A stretch of 61,415 bases of DNA, the filler included, from Choristocarpus tenellus KU-1152 (Eukaryota > Protista > Phaeophyceae): the NCBI GenBank assembly GCA_964200185.2. It is 9 parts of 9 records of this genome, joined end to end, with 100 filler letters (N's around TTAATTAATTAA, not from the genome) between each part and the next. Parts side by side here need not be neighbours in the genome. Positions count along the whole stretch, not along the records: positions 12,500 to 15,289 come from CAXNAD020024736.1; positions 15,390 to 26,121 come from CAXNAD020002753.1; 7 more parts are not named here. One strand, written 5' to 3'. The notes under the pieces are model-generated. The model saw nothing but the letters and a program-made list of their open reading frames with translations. It made no database searches and had not been told where the DNA came from. The position numbers were made by a program, and so were the translations under genes. Positions 12,688-24,897 of the stretch are shown piece after piece (positions within the stretch are counted from its first letter, which is position 1; the number at the start of each line of letters is the position of its first letter).

Positions 12688-13659
12688 AAAACAAGAGGTA
12701 CCCAGAGCAGCATTTTAAGGATACCAGCAAATATGTTACAGGTGAGTAGCGCAAGTATTTATCCTTGCGCTCTAGCCAGTGCGAGCAGCAAGCGTGCGCG
12801 CGGACCTCCCCAGTGGGGATGTCCGATTTGCTATAGCTACAGTGCAAATCTGCAACCTAGATTAAGCAAGTGTTTTCAGATGTATCATGGCGTATTAAAA
12901 CTCAGTTAAGAAGACGAATTTAATTAACTGAGATGGCCCACAGCCTTCAGTTCTTAATTTTTGTTTGGCGTCCATTCACTTTGTGTAAGAAATACACCTT
13001 CATCTACTGACCTGATACCTACGATCCTCGCTGGTCATAGGCTATCAGGGGTCTTGTACATGTATCAGTGCAATCTGTAGCCTTTTGGACTCGGTTACAA
13101 ATTCGGTGGAGGTAAGCTTTGGAGCGCATTGTAACGAATATTTGTAAAGTCGGCTTTTTTGTTTCGAATGTGTGAAGGACATTTTCCGAATTTGGTCGAA
13201 TGGTCCCAAACAATAGAGAAACCAACCCTCTCGCGTCAATATTAGCTCTTTCATACTTACACATACATGTGAATCGCAAAAGATTGAAAAACTGTCTTAA
13301 AATGAAAATGCCCAAAAACTGGGTACCTGTCGTTTACTTTGACTCATCATTGTTGACAATATTTTACCCTCTTCTATTGACCCTCCTGTAATGTTCCCAT
13401 ATGCTGTCGTGTGAACAAGCAGGGGGATGCACCTCCTAGGTCTGTATTTCAGCTGTACCTCAACATCAACAAGCAGACCATCAGTGAGGAAGCAATCCCT
13501 GTCCCAGCCCAGTTTATTCGTGAAGGCCAGACCAGGTCAAGATGGCTGCTACATAAAGCAAAATCTTGCAGAACATGGAGTCTAGGACTCTCACCCCCCC
13601 GCAGCAAATGACTGCAGTACATGGAGACACCAGGGGACTTACGATAATACATTTAAGAA

Positions 13660-14150
13660 AGAATCGTGTTTTACAATAACTTCCTACTTGCTCCTTGTAG
13701 TGTACTAGTATTATGGAGTACTTCTTATGATATTTTCTATACATTGTTGGTGTTTGTGGTAGTGCAATTGTTCACAGTTGATTCCTTTGTTAAGAGTGCT
13801 GGTTCTTGGGATGTCATCCAGTACTTTGCTCCTGTTTATGGCAGGTGTTGGAAAATTGCCTATTTGAGTGTTTTTTTAAGCCGAGTGTTGGTCCCGTTTT
13901 GATGAAGTGTGGAATATCCGGATATGTTCTTAGTGCTTGCTTACATTTATACGGACTGCGTTACAATGTTGCTAAAGTTGATTGTTCATATTTTTTTAGA
14001 GTCGAGGGTTGGTGTTGCTTAAATGAGCTGTGGAGTAGGGGTTACTTTTCGTAGGTTTTTCGCTTTGAGTTTTAGACCGTGATATTAAGTACGGGAGAGT
14101 ATGTGAGCTGTAGCGGTTGTGCTATCTATCTATTAATGACCTTGGTGTTT
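13660..14150 (-). mobile_element. Degenerate Penelope-like retroelement fragment (RT thumb/linker region)
   Basis: A/C-rich minus strand with a broken frame (NTNPRL*KNMNNQL..KRDQHSA*KNTQIGNF) resembling the PLE C-terminal RT region. Confidence 0.35.
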
Positions 14151-14238
14151 CAGCAATCTAAAGGCGTGAAGGTGAAGACTTGTGCGTTGTACGCACTAGG
14201 ATATGCCCGTGGATGAGCCAAATTATCTTAGAGGGTAG

Positions 14239-14563
14239 TGTGCAAAGTAGGACAATAGTGAGGTGTACCTTATTTTGTGTATGAGAGATGTAACTAATGA
14301 GATAGTACATCTGGATTATGAATGGGAATATGTATGGGTTTTTTATTCTGCATTCAACTACTTTGACATAACCATGAACTTATGTATGTGAAGCACAAAT
14401 AAATAATAAACAAGCAATGAGAAGACACCACACACAAAGGTCACTCTTCTAAATTTCAACCATCCATTCTTTTTCACGTTCAGCAAAGGGGGTCGTGTGA
14501 GGCTTCACACTCTCTTATCTTCACTACTGAGAAATAGCATTACCTCCCAAGGTAATTTGCACA
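14239..14563 (+). mobile_element. Solo/partial LTR of the Copia-derived family at 56786-58297
   Basis: TGTGCAAA..TTTGCACA termini; reverse-complement homology to LTRs 56786-57125 and 57954-58297, with a small internal deletion. Confidence 0.88.
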
Positions 14564-15205
14564 TTATCCGCCGTAGAGAGTCAACCAACTGAGAGGTACG
14601 CAGGGTTGCATCTTGAGGATCCTGAGAAAGGGGAAATTTGTAATTTTGTATAATTCCAGAAAATAGCCGAATTGCAGTGTCGTTTAGTCTGTAGAAATAG
14701 AAAATATCAATTATGCGTACACTATTGTGTATATAAATGTAATGAAATAGAGTATTGCATAGGGTAAAAAAGATGACTTAGAATGCAAAAGGGTCCAAAC
14801 CTCCTTGCCTCTCAATTGATTTGGCTCAGACAGCATTGAAAATAAACAAGAAAAGACCACGGCTAGAACTCTTATTCAGTTGTATAATTTCCCTATTTGG
14901 TCCTCTTCAAATACTCCACCCTGACCAAGGGTATAAGAATTTGAGAATAAACTCGTGGCAGAGATGCTTAATGTGAATGATTATCACAAAACTCAAACTA
15001 AATTATACCGACCCCAAGGCAGTAGCACATCTGAAATAATTCGTCCCATGATGCATGGTATGCTGGGCACGTATTCGAATATGGACCAATCTGACTAGGC
15101 ATCATTATTGCCCCTTGTACAGCTAGGACATCACACAGCCTATAATAGCACTACGCAGGAAACCATATTTTTTCTCGTGTTTGGAAGGAGCCCAATCTAA
15201 CCAAT

Positions 15206-15289
15206 GGGTCAAAGTATCTCGGGGGGGGGGGGGGCCGGCATCCGTTTTGAACCCTTTCTTCAATTTTCCCATTTTGGTGTGTTTTGGTT
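15206..15289 (+). mobile_element. MITE-like element, subfamily B (truncated by contig end)
   Basis: GGGTCAAAGTATCT + G-run + ATCCGTTTT..CCCTTT..TTTTGGTGTG, like 54956-55124. Confidence 0.75.
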
Positions 15290-15389
15290 NNNNNNNNNNN
15301 NNNNNNNNNNNNNNNNNNNNNNNNNNNNNNNNNTTAATTAATTAANNNNNNNNNNNNNNNNNNNNNNNNNNNNNNNNNNNNNNNNNNNN
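15290..15389. other. Artificial contig linker
   Basis: 44 N + TTAATTAATTAA + 44 N. Confidence 0.99.
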
Positions 15390-15489
15390 CACCTCATGTA
15401 CACTATTAATACTGCTGTTTCTACTCATGTACACTATTAATACTGCTGTTTCACCTCATGTACACTATTAATACTGCTGTTTCTACTCA
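15390..15489. repeat. ~31-bp minisatellite (~3 copies, truncated by contig start)
   Basis: CTCATGTACACTATTAATACTGCTGTTTC(TA/AC) repeated in tandem. Confidence 0.92.
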
Positions 15490-16303
15490 GCTCAACTAAA
15501 TTCAACTCGAGGTGTGTTTGAGTGCCTGAAACAGCAAACACTGCACCCCTCCCAACTTCTTCCTTGAGCAAAATAGAAATTGTGTTCTGTACTAATCTGA
15601 CTGACTGAGGCCTTACTAAGCTCAGCAAGACAGTTTGCAGGTTAATTTCTACCCTTGTGTTAAGAGTGCTTAGGTTCGAAGAAGTGTTGGTGGTGCTTAG
15701 GTTCCTGTGAATCGTAGTATTTTTAGTAAGCTGACCTATCAGTTGGTACAGTTGACATCTTCTGGCATGGTCAAGAGCTTGATTTCCTTGACTTGCATTG
15801 TACTCCTTGTTTAAACGGAGAGTAAATCAGCATACCCAGCAGGATATGTCTGGTGTGGAGGATATGCCTGGTAAATCCCACCTTTTTGTAAGGGGTCCTG
15901 GAACCCTGAACCTATTAATCTTCCAATAGTTTCTTGGAGAGAATTCAAGATCAGTAGAGGAACGGTACAGGAATGGGGCTTCTCGAACTGGAAATTCTGT
16001 AGTTCGGAAATAATTGGAAGTCTCTTGTATTAAAAAAATATGCCAGATTATTTGGGTATTTTTTTTATTCTCCCAGAAATTTAAGAATATTTTTTAGTGA
16101 CAAGGATTGGGTAGAGGTAAGTGAGCATTATTTGACCAATCGAAGAAGTGTGATTTTTGAAAATATTATTATCGCAAGCATCTTCCTTCTCCACTCTGAG
16201 CAGCACAATGAATCGGGGATGACTCACAGGGTTGAGTGCGTTGCCTCTGGCACTGCTTTGGAAATTGTGTTTGAAAAGCATTGGAAATTTGTGTCTGCTC
16301 ATT

Positions 16304-16334
<31 letters not shown>

Positions 16335-16362
16335 GTGAGTATTAGGGTTAGGGTTAGGGTTA
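16304..16362. repeat. (GTT)n microsatellite followed by interstitial telomeric repeat (TTAGGG)3
   Basis: About 10 GTT units at 16304-16333; TTAGGG x3 at 16342-16359 plus TTA. Confidence 0.9.
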
Positions 16363-16379
16363 TTGATGCACAGTGAATA

Positions 16380-17165
16380 CATATTGCTGCTTGTTGATAC
16401 TGCTGCTGCTTTCTTTGTCTCTATGAGGTGGATAGTGTAGTGAAATTCAGTGATTGGCATGTTGAGTCGAGACCCCCTTTGCGACAAGCTTTTGCTTTTG
16501 TTCACTGCTGCGGCAAAATGTGTCCTCGTCTCTAGTGCAATTGCGTGCACCTGTGACGTTTTTGAGATCCTTGGATGTGCAGTCACTGTGGCCTAGTGCG
16601 CCGTACTGATGATGGTCGGTGCTTGTTGGTGAAACATGCGCTCCTGTTGTTGGTTGTTTTTATTGTTTACTTAGAACCATTTCACCCTGCTCCTGTGACG
16701 ATCAGGGGTGGCCGGGCGCAGGAGGAATGGGTGAATACTTCGGTAGTAGTCTTGTCAAGAGTGAGGACTGCGACGTGTGCGTGCAGTAGGGTATTGCTGG
16801 GCATAATCTCAGCCTCAAAGCACTTGGCTTGTCAGGTACTGTTGGGTACAAGGATTAGGGGGGGTATGGGTTAGTTGGCCACGAAAATCGTTTGGTGCAT
16901 TGATGCATTTTCAGATGTTGGCTGGGCATTGATTTGCATGTGTCTTTGTTTTTTGAAGATGGTTGTTCAGAGTTTTGTTTGTTGGGCAAGGAATGGAAGG
17001 AGGCTGATGGCCGTAGTGTTCTTCGTATGTGCTTCCAATGAAAGATGTTAGTGCTAAAGAGATTCTGAAGCTTTTTGTTTTGTTTTGTTTTGAGGATTGG
17101 TTGAAGTGTCAATGTACCAGGTCTGCTATGGTGTGCTGATTTTTGGTGCCAATATGGGAGGTGCA
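16380..17165 (-). mobile_element. Degenerate Penelope-like retroelement 3' region (RT thumb + GIY-YIG C-terminal remnant)
   Basis: Frameshifted minus-strand peptides IADLVH*HFN..HYGHQPPSIPCPTNKTLNNHLQKTK and GHSDCTSKDLKNVTGARNCTRDEDTFCRSSEQKQKLVAKGVSTQHAN resemble PLE motifs (..H..L...F.QPP.IAYRR..NL..L and H...DL.V.G.......R...E...I..L.T). Confidence 0.5.
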
Positions 17166-17964
17166 CCAGTCACACCCTTACAAGCCAAGTGAAGCACAGG
17201 CTGCTGTCTGAAGAGATGTTAATAGCCTTGCTCTGTCTCTAACTGCTCATTAGTCCTCAACTTGATCGCAACTATTATAGTGTACAGTTATTCACTTCTA
17301 ATCTTGTGTGCTGTAAACTATGGAGGATGTTTTCGTGTTGAACATGTGATAGTTTTGTAGACTTGTGGAGAGACAGAAGATGGATGGGTTTTGCTGTAGG
17401 CCAAGGGGCTGGTTGTAGGTACTACATTGAATGCCTCTTCTGATGCCCTACCAAATGATACGAGAAAACAGCTGACCTGAGCTGACTTTCTTGGGGTCCC
17501 AGTGGAGGAAAGAAGTGTTGTTAATGAGTGAACAGCTATGAGAAAGATTCTAGGGTGTTTTGATCCCTTTCAGTTTGTATAACCTAATGAAGGATTAGGG
17601 AGGATTGCAGGATGAGTGTGTCCTGTTGTTCCAGCGATACATGTGACATACAGGCGGTCCTTCTGCTGTTAGTTGGTGTGTTGCAATTCAAACCATGCCC
17701 CCCCTTCCCTGCAATTTTGTGATAATTGTTCTGAGTGCTGCACGGCCTTTGTGCACCAACGCCGACACCCTCAGAGACAAGGGTGCTCTTGCATGGCTGT
17801 GTGAAATGCACTATTTGAAGTCCTTGTTGAAGTCGCTGTGACTTACCTTACTTCACGTACCCCTGCCCTCCCTTTCCAAGATGGAAGTTCCACATTTCCG
17901 CCCCATGGGAATGCTCTCTGATCATGCCCAACTCTGTTCTTTTCATGGGATTGGATGACTGCAG

Positions 17965-20900
17965 GTATCTCAAAATTTTTTCATGGCGCTGTCAACGGTA
18001 CTGCTGTCTTGCCTAGCAAGAATTTTTGCATGTCATTTGCACCTTGTGGGGCGTCTAGTGGAGGTGCATGCTGTACTCCTTCAGGCCATGCTGGTGAGGT
18101 GGTGCCGAAGGGGAGAGGGGAGGAGGGAGGTCAAGACCAGGAAGGAAGCTGTTCCCCTTGACCTGATGTATGCCCTCTGTCTTTTCAGTGTGCCTGTTTT
18201 GATTGAAATGCAAGACCTCACGACTCTAGGTGTTTGGGATTGTAATTTCCCCTCCATTTTGTATGAGGGGAGTGAGGCCTAATTCCGAAAATCCGAACAT
18301 GTTCACGAATTGCGAGTCCTGGTTTCTTTGGTGTAATTGATCAGAAGCATATCGTCTTCCCTGCAGGAACTGCCTGCTGCCTCGGATTGCCGGCCTGCTG
18401 GACCTCTCAGCAAGTGTCGGATTCCAGAAGATGTGCTGTTGGTGGTATCTTCTTTAAGGTTGCTGCCCCTCTCTTTCCCATGTCAAAATGCTCTTTAACA
18501 CCTTCACATCTCCACCTTCATCCTCTATATATGCTGTCTCAAGCTTTAAACATCAACCATATACCAGCTCAAACGATGGCACAGTCTCTTTGCCGTAGAA
18601 GGTATGCAACACACCAAGGGGTATAGAGAGTCTGTCTCTTCTATAGATTGAGCTGGCAAACACCCCTCTTGAGCAAGCCGTTGTATCACTTTAAAATAAA
18701 GAACGAATGCCCACGAGGGATGCGTGGTGTGCCTGCTATGCTACTCTGGTGCACCAATAATGTTGGAAGTGCTGAGGATAGTCCTTCACAACCAAATTTT
18801 ACATATTGTAGGAGAAATTGAGGGTGCCCTTACATGTGTTTAGAACAGTGTTCAAATATGTTTTACCCCTGGTAGAAGATCCTTCTTCTTTGAAGACTGC
18901 CTCGTTCCCACCTTTTCTACCAGTCCATTGTGCCAGAACAGTGCTGCCATTTGTTGTACTTTTCATACCCGGAAGTAGCAGTGTTGCATATGCTCTGGGG
19001 TATCGCCCCATCTTGAATGAGCACTTCAATAACATGCCCATTCCATACACTCACTCACTTAGATGTCTAATATTTATACACTGGTGAACACTTTCTCAGG
19101 GGGGAAGGAAGGGATCATGCTGTTCTGCCAAGTGTGGGACGCCTGCTAGAATCGAAAGGGGCTGTACAAAAGGGTGAAGAGTTAGGTAATACTTCAGAGG
19201 ATACAAGTGCCCAGACAACAGGAGTAGAGACAGGGGTAGAAGGCCTGGATCAAATTTGCAACCAGGGAGGCGTGACTGCAGGTAGTGGATGCCAAGGGGA
19301 TGGTGTGAAGAGGGTGCCGCACAGCTTGCATGTCAGATCCCATATGCATGGAAGGAAGAAAAATAAGAATGGGAAGAGAAAGGTGTGTACCAATAATTAC
19401 TTTGCAAGGATGGGATGAGGGACTGAGGCTAGTGGTGGTGAGGTGAAAAGTGTGATGATTGTTTGACGTTTAAGGTCGGGGAGCTGACCATTTTTTTGGG
19501 ATAGGTGCATCTGTCACTGCTGTGTGCTCAACCTACCCCCCTTAATCTTGCCACTCTATTTAGAGATGGTGTACCCAAGGAGGCCTCAAGCAACCAGTGT
19601 CTGTACGTTTTTTGGTTCAAAGGTTTTTTTTCGGTGGTTGGAAGGCTGTGATGGTTCCCTCTCCCCTCTCCTGTACTCATGTACTAATATTATGTCTTCC
19701 CTTCCGTTTGATTTATTGACATGGTTCTCCTCAAATGTGAGCTGACGTGTTTTGTTCAAACACCTCTAACTTCTCCACTGTATCTCTCAATGTACCCTGA
19801 TTACAGCCCGTCTCTCTGCTCACGACATATTGTCGGCATTCCCCCGTAGGTTGTGCTGGCGAGCGAATTTAGCGACAGCTCTGAAGACGAGGTGGCGGAA
19901 AAGTCAAAGAAAATATGTGACAAAGACACTTCAACCACTTGCACAGATTCCGGTAAACAAGCGAGTTCAGAGGGAGAAACTCCTTTCGTAGGGGCAATTT
20001 CAGGAGAGATGAAGGATGAGCATCCCTCCTTCACTCCGGCCACTCTTGAGTGGGTCATTGAACGTGGGCCCAGAAGAGGGGTTGGGGTGGACAGAGCAGT
20101 GGACAAAACGGGGCTGCTAGAACAGGTGGTGGGAGTGCGACTTACAAAGGATCAGACTACAGGGATGAGGGGAAAGGGGGGTGTTCAAGACGCCTCACAC
20201 ACTGCCTGTACCCCTGTTTCCGCATCCGTTCCTACTGAGATGAGGGGGGTTCTCAAATTGGACTCTTTCCCGGCCTCAGGTTCCCCGGGACTGGTCACAG
20301 CACATGCAGAGGAAGAAAGGAATACCACGCTGATAGCGAACTCTGAAAATAGGAGGAAGAATCTTAACTCACCTCTACTGACCCAAGACTCCTTAAGCAA
20401 GGAGCAAACACTCCTGGTGATATCCCCGGACCAAAATGAGTCACAACCACCTAGGCTCCCACACTTGCCGTACACATTTGGAAGAACCAGTGTTTTGGGA
20501 GAGTCAGTCTGTAAGGCAGGAAGTGGTGGCAGTGGAATAAAAGTTGGTGAGAGTGGCAGCAGGCTGGACAGCAGGGTTGCTACAGCAGCAAGAGTGGTAG
20601 CATCAGGTGCAACTGAAACAATTGTGCCCTCAGCAAAGAGTGCTGGACACACAGAATCTATTTTTCAAGTGCTCACACATCCCTTAAGTCAAAGAGGCTC
20701 ATCTAAAGCAGTATCTTTGGAGCCCATGTTCTCAAGGAGAGGACAGGAAGATGATGTGAGTGGGCAATACCAGTCAGAAAAAGATCAAAGGGAGGATGTG
20801 GTTGAATGCGGGGGAGAGGGAGGTGGACCTACAATATTCAAAATAGTAACAGATGGCAAGGATATGCGACTGCTGCTCTCCCCATCACAGGAGGTGTCAA

Positions 20901-21157
20901 GATCGCTAGAGCGACACACTTCACGTAAAAAGAAACAAAAAAGCAGACCAATGGGAATATTGAGGGGTAGGGATGAGAAAGATACTGCTAATGATAGGAA
21001 GAAGATTTCCTCCATTCAACATGCAAGTCCCCCGATGTCAGGAGAACAATTTATGGAGGGCAATAAGAAACAAAAGACGAGGAAGAGGGCAAGGGAAAAG
21101 TCCAAAATCGCAAGTGGGTCAAAAGATGCTATTGATGATATTTTCAGTGGATTGTGA
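17965..21157 (+). CDS. NEPRO/RMP1-like (DUF4477) nucleolar protein, 3' part. Exons 17965-18093, 18367-18458, 19100-19382, 19850-21157
   Basis: Exon VSQNFFMALSTVLLSCLARIFACHL fits the DUF4477 FFM..S...L..LAR motif. C-terminus KDAIDDIFSGL* fits the NEPRO D.IDDIF tail. GT-AG introns with matching phases (0, 2, 0); basic NLS-like clusters near the C-terminus. Confidence 0.72.
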
Positions 21158-23477
21158 TCCTGTGGGGGGCATCATGCAACTTGACGTTAATGCTCAAGAA
21201 TAGAGGCTTTGCTCTGCTTTGTCGATGTTTGTAAGGAGAATCAACACAGTGCTTCCAGCAAAACCTTTGACAGCTAGTTTTGTTATCATGATATTGTAGG
21301 TTACACAATTCTTCTCATGTATAATGAGGTTACAAGAGATTCATACTTCTTCCACATTGCATAGTAATTTCTTGTGCCTGTTACAACAGGTTTGCTTGGT
21401 AACCCTTTGCTCTCATTTACTCTGTACTTTATTACATACATATATTATTGGTATAGAAGTAGTTCTTTTTAAAATTGTAGATCAGTCCGTGATACACATT
21501 GCCAAGAGGTGAATACAGAAAATGCAGTTCGTCATGTCTATATAGGTGCCAACAAATTCCTTCATAAGCATAGTCCGCTGTGATGCACATGGAAAGTTTT
21601 CTTCCTTTGGTGGTTATTTTTTTGTGATAATTTTTTATTACACATCGTACCAAATCCTCATCCTTCAGTTCATCCAGCATCATGAAGGCTGCCCCTGTGG
21701 TAGAACCTGCGGAGGTGATACTTCCCCTCTTCCTTTCCCCCTCCACGACAAACTTGAGAGAAATCAAACTGTGCATGTCCTCCCATCCTTCTTCAACAGA
21801 CACCCTTGTGTCTACAGTCTAAAAAATATGAAACGGCAGCCAATGCCAATCCCAGTCACTGTTAGAAGGTTGTTTTGAGGAGTACGTAAGAGTGCTCCTG
21901 TTCACACATGACTTTGCCACTTGACCAGTGAGAACCCCTCTGTAAAGTCAACCCTGATCTACCAGCCCCCTTAAAAAGGACCAGGCAAGTGAAACATAAC
22001 CAATGGCGGACACGAGGGGAGGTGAATAGCCCACAACAGCCATTATGTGACAGTGGTAGAGGGAGGGGAATGAGGGGGGGAAATGGAACCCATGGAGGAC
22101 AAAGCCCAACTCCTCTGACACATGCACACAAGATAGACACGCAACACAAGAAAATAGTAGTAGAACAGTCAAACACAGGCACACAGATGACTGAACCTTC
22201 TAATTCACTTCTGCACTTAAGCCAGACTTGTACCCAAGTGAATTCATCATGAACGTAACTGATTTTCACCAGACCTCTCAAAACGTGTACCAGAAGGTAT
22301 GTTGGTGAGAGGGGGGGATGGCATCCACCACCCTGTTAAAAGGTCATTAATAGTATGGTGTCCCTGTTTGATGGACAGAAAAACTGCACAAGAACAAAAA
22401 ATACAAAACTCTCTCGTACAGCACAATCGGTACGATCATTGCTCCAAGAGTACCCTGAATGTCATGCAAACTATCCTATGACACTGTATTACCAACACAA
22501 GGGTTTTAGGTATATGTGTGTCTGTGTATGTATGCTCATCTGGGACGACAGGTGTATCTGCAGATGGAACAAAAAGAGAAGAAATCAATCACCTGACAAT
22601 ATCTGATGACCATGTCTTCACTCTCTACACCACCAATAACCACCATGAACATGAAAAATCATGCTATCAACTACAAAGTCAACCACCCAACAGTACCCCT
22701 TTCAAGTAAAAAAAAATGGACAGTAGGAACTAATGGGATACCATACCAACCACCCCTGCTCTTATCTCCTCCTTACGCTCCCCACCCCCTGCCGTGTGTC
22801 TTACACCTTCCACCCTCTACCCCAACGACTTCAAGTAGCCCTCCTCCTCACTGTACACAATATACTTCCTGAACGCTTGCTTAGTTGTGTCCTTGGCACT
22901 AATGAGGGGGAAACCCTCGAACATGCACTTCGAACCTGCTCTGTTCTTCCATCCTCTCTCTCCCACACACTCACACAAAACACATCCACTGTCTCATATG
23001 CTACACCGCCCTCAATAGGCTTTTGCCATTCTGCTCTCCAGCATCCTTAGCATCACACAACCAATACAGACAGCAGATCACAACAGCCTATGCCATTGAC
23101 ATCCTAGAGAACCATCTTTCCCCATCAAGAAGCTTAATCCACATTCGCTTGTGCTCTAGTATGTGCAACTTAGCATCAACAGTGAGGATAACCACACCAC
23201 TCTGGATATCACTGCTTTGCCCAATGCAAACCCCATTTGCATGTTGTGTGCTGGTAAAGGAACATGAGAAGAAAAAACAAATAATTGCTTCCATTCTCTC
23301 GTCTCTCCTTGACCTACCCTCCTCCTACTTCACCCCCACCCCTTATCCAGCCTTCAGAACCACAGATCCTCAACCAAAAACGTGAAATGCCTGCTTCGCC
23401 AGCACTTGTGACCCGCAGAACCAATCTCAGAGTCACCCTGCCACCCTGCCTCCTCACTGAGCATGCTTTCCCAAGGT

Positions 23478-24378
23478 TCATGGACCAGCTCTAGCCAAAC
23501 GCTGTGTCCATTCCCGTGCTGCAGTGGAGGGAAGATCAACATGTATCGGGTTGGTGGTTACAAGAAAATAGGGGAAACACTATGCAGTATCAACAACTTG
23601 ATGGGTAAACTCTCCAATGACAGGACCTTTTCATCACATACTTCATTACACCCCCTTAAAAAGAGAGCACTATCCCTTCATTCTCAATGCAATCGTTTAA
23701 TCATAACATACATACACCTTGACGTAGGAGAAAGACTGAGCACAGTTGGGCATACACAATTTTCATGATTAGGAGGTTGGTACTAGGAGACATACAAAGA
23801 AAGATATCTGTCCAAATATGTTTACAAGAGTTCTGCATCACTAAAAACATCCGAAACAGGAGCTCAACTCACGTATCACTACAGATACAATCACAGTTGC
23901 TTTCCCTATTTGAACCCTTACCACAAGATACCCCAAGACTTGATGCAAACTCTGTAAGAGTTGATGTATTGAAACTTCCCCAGTATGTTTCTAACTCTAG
24001 GCAAAATTTTTGCTACTGATTTTAACATGCAATGCCTCCTGAATGGTTGAGAACTATACAATACCTGGCAGAGTGTAAAACAGGCCTGCATTGGGACCAG
24101 CTTGATGGTCTACTTGCATCTCTTTCTGGATGATAATTGGGCAAGGATAATCCCACCATAAAAGCAATCAACAAGCCAATCGAAGTTTTTCTCAAGAACA
24201 GCTCTCTCTGCATCAAAAATACCATACCATTACTGCTCTTCAACTTGTTTTCACACTCTACTCTCCTCATGCTCCAAACCTCCCCACCTGTATGCAGTGC
24301 CTGTGCCTCATTTGTTTTCCACATCTCAGCTACATCATTGGCCAGAGGGTCATGAGGATTAGGTGCAGAGAGAAGTGC
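23478..24378 (-). CDS. UBC13: Ubiquitin-conjugating enzyme E2 N (UBC13), last two exons 24378-24288 and 23518-23478
   Basis: [30 protein letters not shown]|[13 protein letters not shown] matches the UBE2N C-terminus. Phase-1 GT-AG intron. Upstream exons are not in this contig. Confidence 0.9.
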
Positions 24379-24897
24379 CTGATGCATGAGAAGTGATAAG
24401 ACAGGGGGTGTGGGGGGTTACCAGTAGTGGTTGCCTTTGGCAATTGACAATTTAGCCATGCAACATTACCTCGTAGCTAGACAATGGGAGAGTAGGTTGG
24501 TGCCACAAGGATGTAGCTTGCTGGAGTAGTGGTGTAACATTGGAGAGGCCGTGAGATGGAGTTCACACAGTGGAAACCTGTAGAAGGCTCTTGATGATGT
24601 TCATGCTAAAATTATATTCAGATTTGGACCCAAAAAAGTGGTAAGACCCTACCCTGCCTCTTCGTCCTATCTTATACCACACACAAATATATACACCCTC
24701 CCCCCTGTGAGCTCTTTATCCTTATCTCCAGCAATGTCTGCAACTCCCATTCCCCTCCCTGTTTCTTCCCTGTCTTTGCATGGTTGTTTCTTTAGCAATT
24801 GAGCCCTGCCCCATCACCTCAGTCAGGTTCGTACAACTGTCTGCCCTGGCGAAACAGTCATCTCTTGGTATTTGAAAGAGCTACATCCCTGCAAATA

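Noticed and set aside
16596-16645. Hammerhead ribozyme (CTGATGA..GAAAC) in the Penelope-like remnant
   Set aside because: Stem II does not pair convincingly, there is no clear stem I/III with an NUH site, and it lies on the inferred antisense strand. At most a decayed relic.
21432-21803. 123-aa minus-strand ORF between the NEPRO-like gene and UBC13
   Set aside because: No recognisable motif and no phase-consistent partner exons. It may be UTR or intergenic.
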